Shown: piece after piece, positions 50,142 through 58,790 of the stretch | How positions within the stretch are numbered: the first letter of the stretch is position 1 | Layout: every line of letters begins with the position of its first letter | NCBI GenBank assembly: GCA_009379925.1 | Contig: WHSU01000003.1 | Coordinates: 10,160-74,159 of the forward strand | Reading direction: 5' to 3' | DNA from: Dehalococcoidia bacterium | GTDB lineage: Bacteria > Chloroflexota > Dehalococcoidia > UBA2979 | DNA length: 64,000 nucleotides | Notes under the pieces: generated by a model | What the model saw: only the letters and a program-made list of their open reading frames with translations | Databases searched by the model: none | Told to the model about the DNA's origin: nothing | Position numbers and translations under genes: made by a program

Positions 50142-51707
50142 CTAGCAGACGCCGCCGTGACCAAGCTCGAAGCCGACGGCGGAGTAGCGGTAGTCCGGGG
50201 TCCAGAAGTTGTCGGCTACGAAGGGAAGCACGACGACGTACTCGAGAGTCTCAGGATCAACCAGGCGTTCGGCGCCGAACGAGCCACGGGCGATTAGCCC
50301 ATCCGGTGTGAACTCCGCCCAGAGTCGTTCGTCGAGATCGAATAGCGCGCCTGTCTCGCGGTCGTACAGGCGTGTCACCGCATCGCCGTCGATGTTGCAG
50401 GCGCGGTCCGTCCACATCACGTGTTCTTCGCTCGCGTCGAACGGCGAGTTCGGATAGGACGGGTACGCCGTCGCGATGAAGGTCGCCTCGCCGGTGTCCG
50501 GGTCCACCTCGAAGATGTTGGAGGTGTGCGACCACCAGCCGTGCGGGCCCTCGGCCGGCTCGATACGCGTCGAGGGCTCGGAGACCGTCGCCAGGACGAG
50601 CGCGCCATCCGGCGCGAGCACGGCTCGATAGGCATCGAACTCCCGCGTGTCGCCGGTGGCGAGGTTGGTCAGCTGGTACGTGCGTCGCCAGAAGTCTTCG
50701 AACCGTACTAGCTCCTCGAGTCGATAGCCGGCCTCCTCGATCGGGCGCTGCACCGGGTTGAGGTTGACGATCGTTGGCTCCGTCGGCTCATGCTCCCCGG
50801 TCGCCACATCGACCAGCACCAGTTCATTCCCAACCTCGTAAGCAACGATGGTCTCGTCGTCTACCCATCGGATCGCGCGCGCCCGCCCCAGCCATCGCTC
50901 GTCGCCGGTGCCCAGGTCTAGGAGCCGCAACTCCCCGACCTCGTAGGGCTCGCTCCCGGCGACCCACGCCAGCATCGAGCCGTCCGGGGAGAAGCGCGGC
51001 ATGCCGCCCTCACCAAGGTTGCGCTCCGTCATCGTCAGCGTGTCGTACAGCACCACCTCACGCGACTCGCGGTCGTACGGCTCGAACGGCGACGGTGGCG
51101 CCGGCTGCACCGCGCGCACCTCCGAGGGTGGCGACGGGCGCTCCTCGGTGAACCACCCCTCGATGTCGCCTCGGAGCAGCGGCGGTTCCGGCGTGCCGGT
51201 CGGCGTCGGCTTCTCGGTCGGATCGACCGGGGGCGTCGGCTCCACGGACGGCGTTGCCATCGCCGTCCCAGTCACGGTCGCCGGCGACGTCGCGGTCTCC
51301 GTGGCCGGCGCCTCCCCGCCGCCGTTTGACATCGAGGCTGCGCCGGCGATGGCGAGCGCGCCGAGCACGGCGACCGCAGCCACCGCGACGGCCGGACCGG
51401 CGCCGGACACGCCTCGACCGAGCCAGCCGAGTGGAAAGCCCGCCACCAGGCGACCGAGGGCGGAGCGGCTGGCGGGCGCCGGCTCGCCTCGCCACGCGGC
51501 CAGCGCGTTGCGGTCGGGCAGCTCGAGCTTGGCGAGCATGCTGGAGACGTGCGTGCGGACGGTGTTGATGCTGACGCCCAGCCGCTCCGCGATCTCGGCG
51601 TTCGGCAGGCCCTCGCGAAGCTGCTCCAACACGCGCCACTCGGCCGGTGTCAGCACATCGGGGTGTGGCGGGCGGCCTCGGGCGTGGCGACGCGGGAACC
51701 AGTCCAT
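50142..51707 (-). CDS. Membrane-anchored LuxR/GerE-type HTH protein with an extracytoplasmic PD40/TolB-like beta-propeller region (paralog A)
   Basis: N-terminal LTPAEWRVLEQLREGLPNAEIAERLGVSINTVRTHVSSMLAKLEL (GerE HTH). TM segment AVAVAAVAVLGALAIAGAA. A Pro/Thr linker. PD40-like FSPDGSMLAW, LAPDGALVLA and FTPDGLIA. Confidence 0.8.
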   Translation of the reverse strand: MDWFPRRHARGRPPHPDVLTPAEWRVLEQLREGLPNAEIAERLGVSINTVRTHVSSMLAKLELPDRNALAAWRGEPAPASRSALGRLVAGFPLGWLGRGVSGAGPAVAVAAVAVLGALAIAGAASMSNGGGEAPATETATSPATVTGTAMATPSVEPTPPVDPTEKPTPTGTPEPPLLRGDIEGWFTEERPSPPSEVRAVQPAPPSPFEPYDRESREVVLYDTLTMTERNLGEGGMPRFSPDGSMLAWVAGSEPYEVGELRLLDLGTGDERWLGRARAIRWVDDETIVAYEVGNELVLVDVATGEHEPTEPTIVNLNPVQRPIEEAGYRLEELVRFEDFWRRTYQLTNLATGDTREFDAYRAVLAPDGALVLATVSEPSTRIEPAEGPHGWWSHTSNIFEVDPDTGEATFIATAYPSYPNSPFDASEEHVMWTDRACNIDGDAVTRLYDRETGALFDLDERLWAEFTPDGLIARGSFGAERLVDPETLEYVVVLPFVADNFWTPDYRYSAVGFELGHGGVC

Positions 51708-51875
51708 ACGCCGAGGATAGGCCGGGGCCGCGGCGAATTACCTCATCCGGTGGTACGCCGCCGGTAGACTCGGTGCGCGCTTCAGTTTGAACACGGTGCC
51801 CCGAGCCACGCGCGTGCCGTCCGGCGTGGTTGCGCCGTCCACCAGGCCTCGGCGACCGCCCGGCCATCGAAGGCT

Positions 51876-52232
51876 CTACGCCACCTCCTGGCTCGGCCGC
51901 TCCCGCGCGAACTCGATCAGGTGGCGCGGATGGCCATCGAGGTCCTTCACGGCGAAGACCTTGCCGAACGGTTGCTCGGCGAGCGGCGCGACGACCTCAG
52001 CGTGTTGCGACATCTCGCGGAACGCCGCCTCGGCGTCCTCGACGGCCCAGTACAACTCGGTCTCGCCACCGCCGGCGGGCTCGTCGCCGGCGATGGCGAA
52101 GCTCGCGAACTGGACGAACGTCGGGTGCTCGCGCTCGACCTCGAGGCCGAGCACATCGACGTAGAACCGCTTCGCCGCCTCGATGTCCGTGACGTAGTCG
52201 AGGGCGAAGGCGAAGCGGGGTGTGCCGGGCAT
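51876..52232 (-). CDS. VOC (glyoxalase/bleomycin-resistance/dioxygenase) family protein
   Basis: 118 aa; FAFALDYVTDIEAAKRFYVDVLGLEV and FAVKDLDGHP are typical of VOC. Confidence 0.8.
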   Translation of the reverse strand: MPGTPRFAFALDYVTDIEAAKRFYVDVLGLEVEREHPTFVQFASFAIAGDEPAGGGETELYWAVEDAEAAFREMSQHAEVVAPLAEQPFGKVFAVKDLDGHPRHLIEFARERPSQEVA

Positions 52233-52264
52233 CGTGGCACTCCTCTCGATGTGTTGAGGGTTGA

Positions 52265-52302
52265 GCGGAGCACCTCGGCTGGCGCGCGTCGGGGTGCTCC
52301 GC
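52265..52302. other. Perfect 10-bp intercistronic hairpin between the two VOC genes
   Basis: gcggagcacc (52265-74) pairs with ggtgctccgc (52293-302), with an 18-nt loop. Confidence 0.5.
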
Positions 52303-52310
52303 CCGCGTGG

Positions 52311-52676
52311 CTAGTCCGGACGGAACTCGAGCAGTTGCAGGTAGTTGCCGTCCGGGTCGAGGAAGGTCGAGAACACGCCGCCCCAGTACTCGCGGCCTTC
52401 CTCGCGGATGAAGGGGACGCCCTGGTCCTTGAGCCGCTGCTGCTCGGACTTCAGGTCGGACACCGAGAAGTTGATGAGCACCCGCTGCGGCTCCTTCGTC
52501 GGGCCGCGCGTCTCGCTGTGATCAGCGATGTAGATCAGCGCGCCGCCGGGCGCCGTGCGGAACCCGCCGCCCTCCTCTTCGGGGACGGGCGTGAGCCCGA
52601 TGACGTCCCGGTAGAACGCCTCCAGGCGTTCCGGGTGCTCGCTGGTGAGGTTGATGTTGAACGAGGTGACCTGCAT
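52311..52676 (-). CDS. VOC family protein (second copy)
   Basis: 121 aa; NINLTSEHPERLEAFYRDVIGL and FLDPDGNYLQLLEF. Confidence 0.8.
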   Translation of the reverse strand: MQVTSFNINLTSEHPERLEAFYRDVIGLTPVPEEEGGGFRTAPGGALIYIADHSETRGPTKEPQRVLINFSVSDLKSEQQRLKDQGVPFIREEGREYWGGVFSTFLDPDGNYLQLLEFRPD

Positions 52677-52688
52677 CCGATGCTCCCT

Positions 52689-53702
52689 TCACTGCATTTC
52701 TGCGACAGTAGACGCGACAGTAGAAGGGCCCCGTGACAACGGGGTGTCAGTAGCGATCGAGGCAGCACCGGCCGTCCTCGGGGGCCACTGGTAGACCCGT
52801 GACATCGCCTCCACTTCCTCGCGCAACCGCTCCACGAGGTCCGGCGGTGACAACACGCGCGCGGCGCCGCCCCAGCGCAGGATCCACGGCAGCAACTGGC
52901 GAAGGTCCGGCGTGCGGACCACGAACACCGAGCCGGACTCCGCCGGCTCTTCGCGCACGAAGCCCCACACCGTCTGCCCGCGCGCCCACGGCACGGCGCG
53001 GGCATCGATCCACACGCGGACCTCGATGACCGGCTCGTCGCGCTCCTGGCGCACCATCGAGGTGGCGCGCCGCTCGACGCGCTCCGGCAGCACCTCCGCG
53101 TGCTGGATCCGCGAGGTGCGGAAGACACGGCCGCCCTGCCGCAGCCGGCAGTACCCGACGAGATACCAGTCCTCGCCGTAGAAGAGGTGGTAGGGCTCCA
53201 CCTCGCGCTCCGTCACCTCATCGCTGCCGAAGGCGTGGTAGCGGATGCGCAGCACGCGGTCGTCCAGCACCGAGCGCAGCACGTCCGGCAGCCACGGGGA
53301 CGGCGCCTCGCGCTCGTCCGACGCGACCGAGATGCGCTCGCGCCACCGTTCGACCTCCAGGCGCGTCGCGTCGTCGAGCGCCGCCTCCACCTTCGCCGCA
53401 CCCGAGCGTGCGGCGGTGCGCTGGTCCGCGGTGCCCAGGGGCGGCGCCAGTTCGGCGCCGAGCAGCAGCTGCGTCGCCTCCTCGACCGTGAACGCGATCG
53501 GCGGGAGGCGGTAGCCGGCCACCACCCGGTACCCCTCGCCGGCCATCGCCGCCACGGGCACCCCGGCCGCACACAGCGCATCGATGTCACGGTAGATGGT
53601 GCGCACCGAGCACTCGCACGCCTCGGCCAGTTCATGCGCAGTGACCGCGCGCTCCTCGCGAAGCCGCATCAAGATCAGCAGCCGGCGGTCCATCTGTTTC
53701 AC
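52689..53702 (-). CDS. HTH + WYL domain transcriptional regulator (YafY/PafBC/BrxR-CapW-like architecture)
   Basis: The N-terminal RLLILMRLREERAVTAHELAEACECSVRTIYRDIDAL (DeoR-like wHTH). WYL core LRIRYHAFGSDEVTEREVEPYHLFYGEDWYLVGYCRLRQGGRVFRTSRI. A C-terminal WCX-like region. Confidence 0.9.
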   Translation of the reverse strand: MKQMDRRLLILMRLREERAVTAHELAEACECSVRTIYRDIDALCAAGVPVAAMAGEGYRVVAGYRLPPIAFTVEEATQLLLGAELAPPLGTADQRTAARSGAAKVEAALDDATRLEVERWRERISVASDEREAPSPWLPDVLRSVLDDRVLRIRYHAFGSDEVTEREVEPYHLFYGEDWYLVGYCRLRQGGRVFRTSRIQHAEVLPERVERRATSMVRQERDEPVIEVRVWIDARAVPWARGQTVWGFVREEPAESGSVFVVRTPDLRQLLPWILRWGGAARVLSPPDLVERLREEVEAMSRVYQWPPRTAGAASIATDTPLSRGPSTVASTVAEMQ

Positions 53703-53911
53703 AGCGATCGAGGATAGACGGGCGGTGCGAGGGCGTGGAAGGTGGGTGGCGCGGCCTTAGCACGGCCGCGACCTGAGCAAGGACCGCGGCTGTCCCGCCG
53801 ACCGCACGGGCTGGCTCCGACGAGTTGTTACGCGCCCATTGCGCATGCGCCGAACGCCGCGGAATCAGACTCTCGCGATAAACTCACCGTCTGGACGGAG
53901 CGGGCGGCATC

Positions 53912-55402
53912 ATGACACGCACCATTGGTGAGATAATAGACTGGCTAGATGATCTAGCTTCACGCGTCACCGACGATGACGATCGACGAGCACTGGCCGA
54001 GGCGATGGTTTGTGCACGGGCCGGGGCCAAAAGAGCGGCATTTGTCATGAGCTGGATTGGCGCGGCGGAGAGCATTCGTCGCCGCTTGGCCGTTCTGAGC
54101 CGCACCGACGCTGAGGCCGGGCATCTTCTGAAGGAGATTGAGAAGGCGGAGACTGAACGATACGCGGTGGACCAGCGACTTTTGGACGCTGCTCATCGCG
54201 TCGGGATGATTAGCGCCCCCGAGAAGGTGCGGCTCGAGCAGGTCTTATCGAGCAGGCACATATACGCCCATCCGACCAATGAAGCTCCGAGCGAGCCAGT
54301 ATTAGCCGCGGCGATGACCGAGGTCGTAGACATCGTCCTAGCGCGACCAGTCTATCTCCGCCACCGCTACATACGAGATACGGTCGATGCAATTCTGACT
54401 CGGATCGCATTCATGGACGACGATCGGCCCATCGTACGCAGCCGAGCCAACTCAATCTTCAATCGAATCGATCCTACGCTGCATTCGTACTTCATGTCGG
54501 TGCTTGTCCAAAAGGCAGAGGACGTACGTCAGGATGAGACTACCGAGCAGACGTGGGTTTCCCGGCGAGTGGGTTGGTTCCTCTACGCGTACGGTGAGCG
54601 ACTCGACGAGTCCGCCGTCACGGCGCTCCCAGCTGGACAACTCCTGGCTGAGTGTCCAGCTGCCGCGAGCGAGCTCCTAGCCCTGCCGTCAATCATCGCC
54701 CACTTGAGCGAGGAGGACCGGGACACGGTCGTCGGCGAGATCTGTCAGCGCGCACCGCGGTCTGCGGTTCATCTCGCTCGGCTCGTTGAGTTGCGAGCTC
54801 ACGGAATAGCCACAGAGCGAGAGCGCGAGCGGTTCCAACAGACGCTAAATGCCTCCACGGTTCCGCACCTGGCGCGGTCCGAGGTGCCGTTTGCGGAAAT
54901 CGCACCTCGCATTGTCGAGCGGCTGAAGGTGTACAGTTGGTATTCCCAGAATCCAGCGGCAGAGGTGCTACTGCGAGCAGGTCCCGACAGTGTCCGCGAG
55001 CTAGATCCGGCTGTTCAGGAGGCCCTCGGGCGGAACGTTCTACAGGCAGCGGACGGTGCTTCGCGCGGGGCTCACGCCGTGCTAACCGCAGCGGCCGGCA
55101 GGCCCTGGCCCAGTGCCTTTGTGACTGGCCTCCTGCTTGAGTGCTTCGTTAATGAGGCTCAATCCTTTCGTCTCAAGACATCTCGCTACCCGGACACAAT
55201 CAAAGCCCTCGACCAACTAGAACGGGGGACGTTGATCCAAGTCCTTGGAGATGTTGCGACAGCCATAGCCGCATCATATTGGCTTGGGCCGCCGGATGAG
55301 GAAGCGACACGCGCGGCTGCCTCCGTACTCCTCGAACGGTTCGGCGATGACGCCGATTCCCTGATTGACGCACTCACGTCTGTTCGCGAGCTACCGTTCT
55401 GA
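53912..55402 (+). CDS. Hypothetical 496-aa protein: N-terminal HEPN-like domain (Rx4H), then a long all-helical C-terminal region; compositionally foreign
   Basis: The only long ORF here. It uses codons that are rare in the neighbours (ATA, AGG, TTA, CTA). The motif SSRHIYAHP (R115-H120, nt 54254-54271) lies in a helix-rich ~140-aa N-terminus resembling HEPN/DUF4145. Confidence 0.7.
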   Translation: MTRTIGEIIDWLDDLASRVTDDDDRRALAEAMVCARAGAKRAAFVMSWIGAAESIRRRLAVLSRTDAEAGHLLKEIEKAETERYAVDQRLLDAAHRVGMISAPEKVRLEQVLSSRHIYAHPTNEAPSEPVLAAAMTEVVDIVLARPVYLRHRYIRDTVDAILTRIAFMDDDRPIVRSRANSIFNRIDPTLHSYFMSVLVQKAEDVRQDETTEQTWVSRRVGWFLYAYGERLDESAVTALPAGQLLAECPAAASELLALPSIIAHLSEEDRDTVVGEICQRAPRSAVHLARLVELRAHGIATERERERFQQTLNASTVPHLARSEVPFAEIAPRIVERLKVYSWYSQNPAAEVLLRAGPDSVRELDPAVQEALGRNVLQAADGASRGAHAVLTAAAGRPWPSAFVTGLLLECFVNEAQSFRLKTSRYPDTIKALDQLERGTLIQVLGDVATAIAASYWLGPPDEEATRAAASVLLERFGDDADSLIDALTSVRELPF

Positions 55403-55665
55403 GATTCGCCTATTCTGCCTGCGTGCGTTCATGTCAACTAGGCGTCGCGACTTCCGAGAACGAGAGACTCGAGCTTGGCCGGCTGTGCTTGCTGGACTCC
55501 TCGCCCACGCCGACCTCTCCCACCCCGCACGCTCGTCCCCCGCGTCCCTGCGCAAAGCCCCGCACCACACCCTGTGTTGCCGCCCCGTGGCGGGGCGCTC
55601 TAGGCTGGTCGCACCTTCCGGCGCGGACCGACGCCTGTGTCCGGGTGCCCCCGATTGGAGTGACC

Positions 55666-56946
55666 GTGGCTGACGGTTGGAAGATCGACACGCTGGACAA
55701 CGGGCTGAGGGTGCTCACCACCTCGATCCCCACCGCGCAGTCGGCGGCCGTCGCCTTCTTTGCCGGGGTCGGGTCGCGCGACGAGCAGCCGAAGACCAAC
55801 GGCCTGTCGCACTACATCGAGCACATGCTGTTCAAGGGCACGGCCACCCGGCCGGACGCCGCCCAGATCTCGGAGGCCATCGAGGGCGCGGGCGGCAGCC
55901 TCAACGCCTACACGACCAAAGAGCTGACCTGCTACTGGAACAACCTCCCCTTCGAACGCGCCGAGACGGGCATCGAGGTGCTGGCGGACATGATCCAGCA
56001 CAGCCTGATCGAGCCCGAGGAGCTGGAGCGCGAGCGCACCGTGGTGCAGCAGGAGATCCGCCGTGCCCACGACTCGCCGGGCCAGTTCGTCGGGGAACTG
56101 CTCGGCAGGGCGATCTACGGGGACCAGCCCATCGGCTGGCCGGTCGCCGGCTCGCTGGAGACCGTGGGCGAGATACAGCGCGACGACTTCATGGAGCACA
56201 TGGCCGGCTTCTACCGCGCGGGCAACACCGTGCTCTCGGTCGCTGGCAACATCGAGCACGCCCAGGTCGTCGAGTGGGCGGCGCGCTACTTCACCGACCT
56301 CCCGGGGGGCGACGCGCCGGAGGCGGCCTCCTCGCGGTGGGGGCTCCCCGAGGAGCACCTCCAGATCGCGGAGCGCGAGCTGGAGCAGACGAACCTCGCC
56401 CTCTCGATGCAGGCGATCGCCCGCCGCGACCCGGACCGCTACGCGCTCGACATCATGAACACCGCGCTGGGCCGCGGCATGTCGTCCCGCCTGTTCAAGG
56501 AGGTACGCGAGCGTCGAGGGCTGGCGTACTCCGTCTCCTCGGGCGCCGCGCGCTACCAGGACATCGGCACGATGACGGTGAGCGCCGGCGTGACGCGCGA
56601 GCACCAGGAGGAGGCGCTCCGGGTGATCCTCGCGGAGCTGCGCAAGCTCGTCGACGAACCGATGGGCGAAGCCGAGTTGCAGCGCACGAAGGACTACGCC
56701 GTCGGCAGCTTCCGGCTCTCCCTCGAGACGCCCATGGCCCTCGGCCAGCGCTGGGGCAACCAGCTGTTGCAGGACGGCGAGATCGAACCGCCGGACGTAA
56801 CGGTCGAGCGGCTGCGCGCCGTGACAGCGGAGGACATCCAGCGCGTCGCGCAGCGCGTCATCGGCCCGGGCGCCTACGCGCTCGCGGTCGTCGGCCCCTC
56901 CGCCTCCGCCGACCGCCTCGACGCCATCCTGGCGGGAGCGGCGTAG
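55666..56946 (+). CDS. M16 family (pitrilysin/insulinase-like) zinc peptidase
   Basis: GLSHYIEHMLFKGT (HxxEH zinc motif). About 426 aa from the GTG at 55666, with GGAG 5 nt upstream. The track ORF start at 55423 is an extension. Confidence 0.9.
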   Translation: MADGWKIDTLDNGLRVLTTSIPTAQSAAVAFFAGVGSRDEQPKTNGLSHYIEHMLFKGTATRPDAAQISEAIEGAGGSLNAYTTKELTCYWNNLPFERAETGIEVLADMIQHSLIEPEELERERTVVQQEIRRAHDSPGQFVGELLGRAIYGDQPIGWPVAGSLETVGEIQRDDFMEHMAGFYRAGNTVLSVAGNIEHAQVVEWAARYFTDLPGGDAPEAASSRWGLPEEHLQIAERELEQTNLALSMQAIARRDPDRYALDIMNTALGRGMSSRLFKEVRERRGLAYSVSSGAARYQDIGTMTVSAGVTREHQEEALRVILAELRKLVDEPMGEAELQRTKDYAVGSFRLSLETPMALGQRWGNQLLQDGEIEPPDVTVERLRAVTAEDIQRVAQRVIGPGAYALAVVGPSASADRLDAILAGAA

Positions 56947-56998
56947 CGACCGAGGATAGGCGGGCGGGCGCGAGCCGAAGCGGAGGGGCGGGGGTGCG

Positions 56999-58675
56999 CT
57001 ACATCTCAACGAAGCCAAGCACCTGGAAGTCGACGCCCGTCGCGACCGGTAGTCCGCCGACTCGCATCTGGATGCTACCGGCCGTCCACCCACAATCGCG
57101 GTCCGCGTATCCCCACGGTGGACCGGCGCCGGCGGCGCCACGGGACGGGGGCGAGGCAAGCGGCTGGCCATTGCCACCCATCTCCTCTTCGCCACAGGCG
57201 TACGAGACGGTGCGGTCGCCATACCACTCGCGCAGCGCGTCGAGGCGAGACATGGTGCTCTCGTCCCCGCGCTCCAGGTCGAGCAGCCGCCACTCGACCG
57301 GCGCGTCGAGGATGGCCTGTTCCACCTCCATCGGGAGACAGCCGGTCCCGGCCTCAAGGCCGTTGAGCGCTGCCAACAAGCCGTCGTCCGGGAGGTGGAC
57401 ACTGTAGAGCATAGATGCCCCGTCCGGTGCGAACTCCGGCGGGCCGAGCAGCGGGCTGCCTGCCTCGACCGTCCGGACGACCTGCCCGTCCTCGCCGACC
57501 AGGTGTATCGCCGTCGCACCGGCGGGCCCCGCGAGTCCACACTCAGTCCAGAGCCGGCCCTCCATCCTCGCCTCGACCGTCCGGCCGTCGGGTAGCGGTG
57601 CCGACTCGAGCACCTCGACGGCGCCGTCCATGCTCAGCACCGCGGTGCCACCAGGGCTGTGGCCGTACGTCCAGCCCGAGATCAGCAGCGACGACTCGTC
57701 GAGCCAACGGTCCGGTCCGGGGTGTCCTACGAGCCCGTCCCAACGCAGGTCGTCGGCGCGGACGGACAACAACTCGTCGCCTGTGCTCGCATCGATGACC
57801 CGCACGCCACCTTCCGCTCCGCCCTCGCCGATCGCGAGGTACCGGCCATCCCGGGACGGCGCCATGCGCTCAACGTGCCGGTCGTGCTCGGCGTACAGCT
57901 CCACGCCGTCGCTGCCATCGAGGGCGTAGGACCAGACTGTGCTTCCGAACGAGACGACGACGCGATGGCCCGCCAACTGCGTGAACAACACCTGCCGCGC
58001 CGCGACAATGAACGAAGAGACGAGTCTCCCGCTCCCGAGATCGAAAACCTCGATGCTGGAGCGTCGCGGCTCCGGTGACGGAGCGGGCAGCTCAGGCTGC
58101 GCGTACACAACGAGCGGGCCAGTCGCTCCAGCCGGCAGCCCGTCGACCAGCCCGACACCGGGGAACCCGGCTGGGGGCGCTTCCACGGGGAACCCGTCTG
58201 GCGGCCGGGTCGGCGTGGGACTCGGCGGTTCTGCGCTCTGAGTAGCCGACGGCGTCGGTGGGGTTGGCGGGGCGCCGCCGTCCGAGCCGCCCACGACCGT
58301 GTTGAGGGAGACGATCGTGACCAGGGAGAGCGCCGCGAGTCCACCAACCACGGCTGCCTTCCCCAGCCGGGGCGCTCCGGTCCGGCTCCCGAGCCATCCG
58401 AGTGGCCCGGCGAGGCCGAGGCGTCCGACCGCACTCCGTGAGGCGGGCGCCGGTTCACCTCGCCACTCCGCCAGTTCTCTGCGATCAGCAAGGTCGAGCT
58501 TCGACAGGATGCTCGACACCTGCGTCTTCACGGTATGGACGGAGACGCCCAGGACTACGGCAATCTCCGGGTTGGTGCGTCCGGCCCGGACCTGTTCGAG
58601 CACCCGCCACTCAGCCGGCGTCAGGATGTCGGGGTGCGGCGGGCGGCCGGTGCGATGGCGGAAGTAGGTCGGCAT
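56999..58675 (-). CDS. Membrane-anchored LuxR/GerE-type HTH protein with a PD40-like beta-propeller ectodomain (paralog B)
   Basis: MPTYFRHRTGRPPHPDILTPAEWRVLEQVRAGRTNPEIAVVLGVSVHTVKTQVSSILSKLDL. TM segment AAVVGGLAALSLVTIVSL. PD40-like PSRDGRYLAI and FAPDGASMLY. The start at 58675 was chosen by alignment with paralog A; the ORF extends to 58732. Confidence 0.8.
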   Translation of the reverse strand: MPTYFRHRTGRPPHPDILTPAEWRVLEQVRAGRTNPEIAVVLGVSVHTVKTQVSSILSKLDLADRRELAEWRGEPAPASRSAVGRLGLAGPLGWLGSRTGAPRLGKAAVVGGLAALSLVTIVSLNTVVGGSDGGAPPTPPTPSATQSAEPPSPTPTRPPDGFPVEAPPAGFPGVGLVDGLPAGATGPLVVYAQPELPAPSPEPRRSSIEVFDLGSGRLVSSFIVAARQVLFTQLAGHRVVVSFGSTVWSYALDGSDGVELYAEHDRHVERMAPSRDGRYLAIGEGGAEGGVRVIDASTGDELLSVRADDLRWDGLVGHPGPDRWLDESSLLISGWTYGHSPGGTAVLSMDGAVEVLESAPLPDGRTVEARMEGRLWTECGLAGPAGATAIHLVGEDGQVVRTVEAGSPLLGPPEFAPDGASMLYSVHLPDDGLLAALNGLEAGTGCLPMEVEQAILDAPVEWRLLDLERGDESTMSRLDALREWYGDRTVSYACGEEEMGGNGQPLASPPSRGAAGAGPPWGYADRDCGWTAGSIQMRVGGLPVATGVDFQVLGFVEM

Positions 58676-58790
58676 GCGCTCGAACCTATCAGCGAAGGTT
58701 CCGGGTTTCATCACCCGGTCCGGGTCCTCCACTGGCTGCTATCTGCCATGCTGTGCTGCCGATGGGACCCTTCCCTAGCCGCGGAGCGAC

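Noticed and set aside
55581-55597. 7-bp GC hairpin (cgccccg-tgg-cggggcg) as the terminator of the HEPN-like gene
   Set aside because: It lies about 180 nt downstream of the stop and has no U-tract. It may equally belong to the M16 leader, so there is not enough support.
53703-55665. Mobile-element boundaries (integrase, tRNA target, direct repeats) around the low-GC gene
   Set aside because: I found no integrase or transposase ORF, no tRNA, and only trivial short similarities between the flanks (agactc.cg). It is reported as a compositional island, not as a defined mobile element.
55600-57540. 646-aa minus-strand ORF and the 576-aa plus-strand alternative-frame ORF (55677-57407)
   Set aside because: Both overlap the M16 peptidase frame, which carries the HxxEH zinc motif. 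Both are Arg/Pro/Gly-rich with no motifs.
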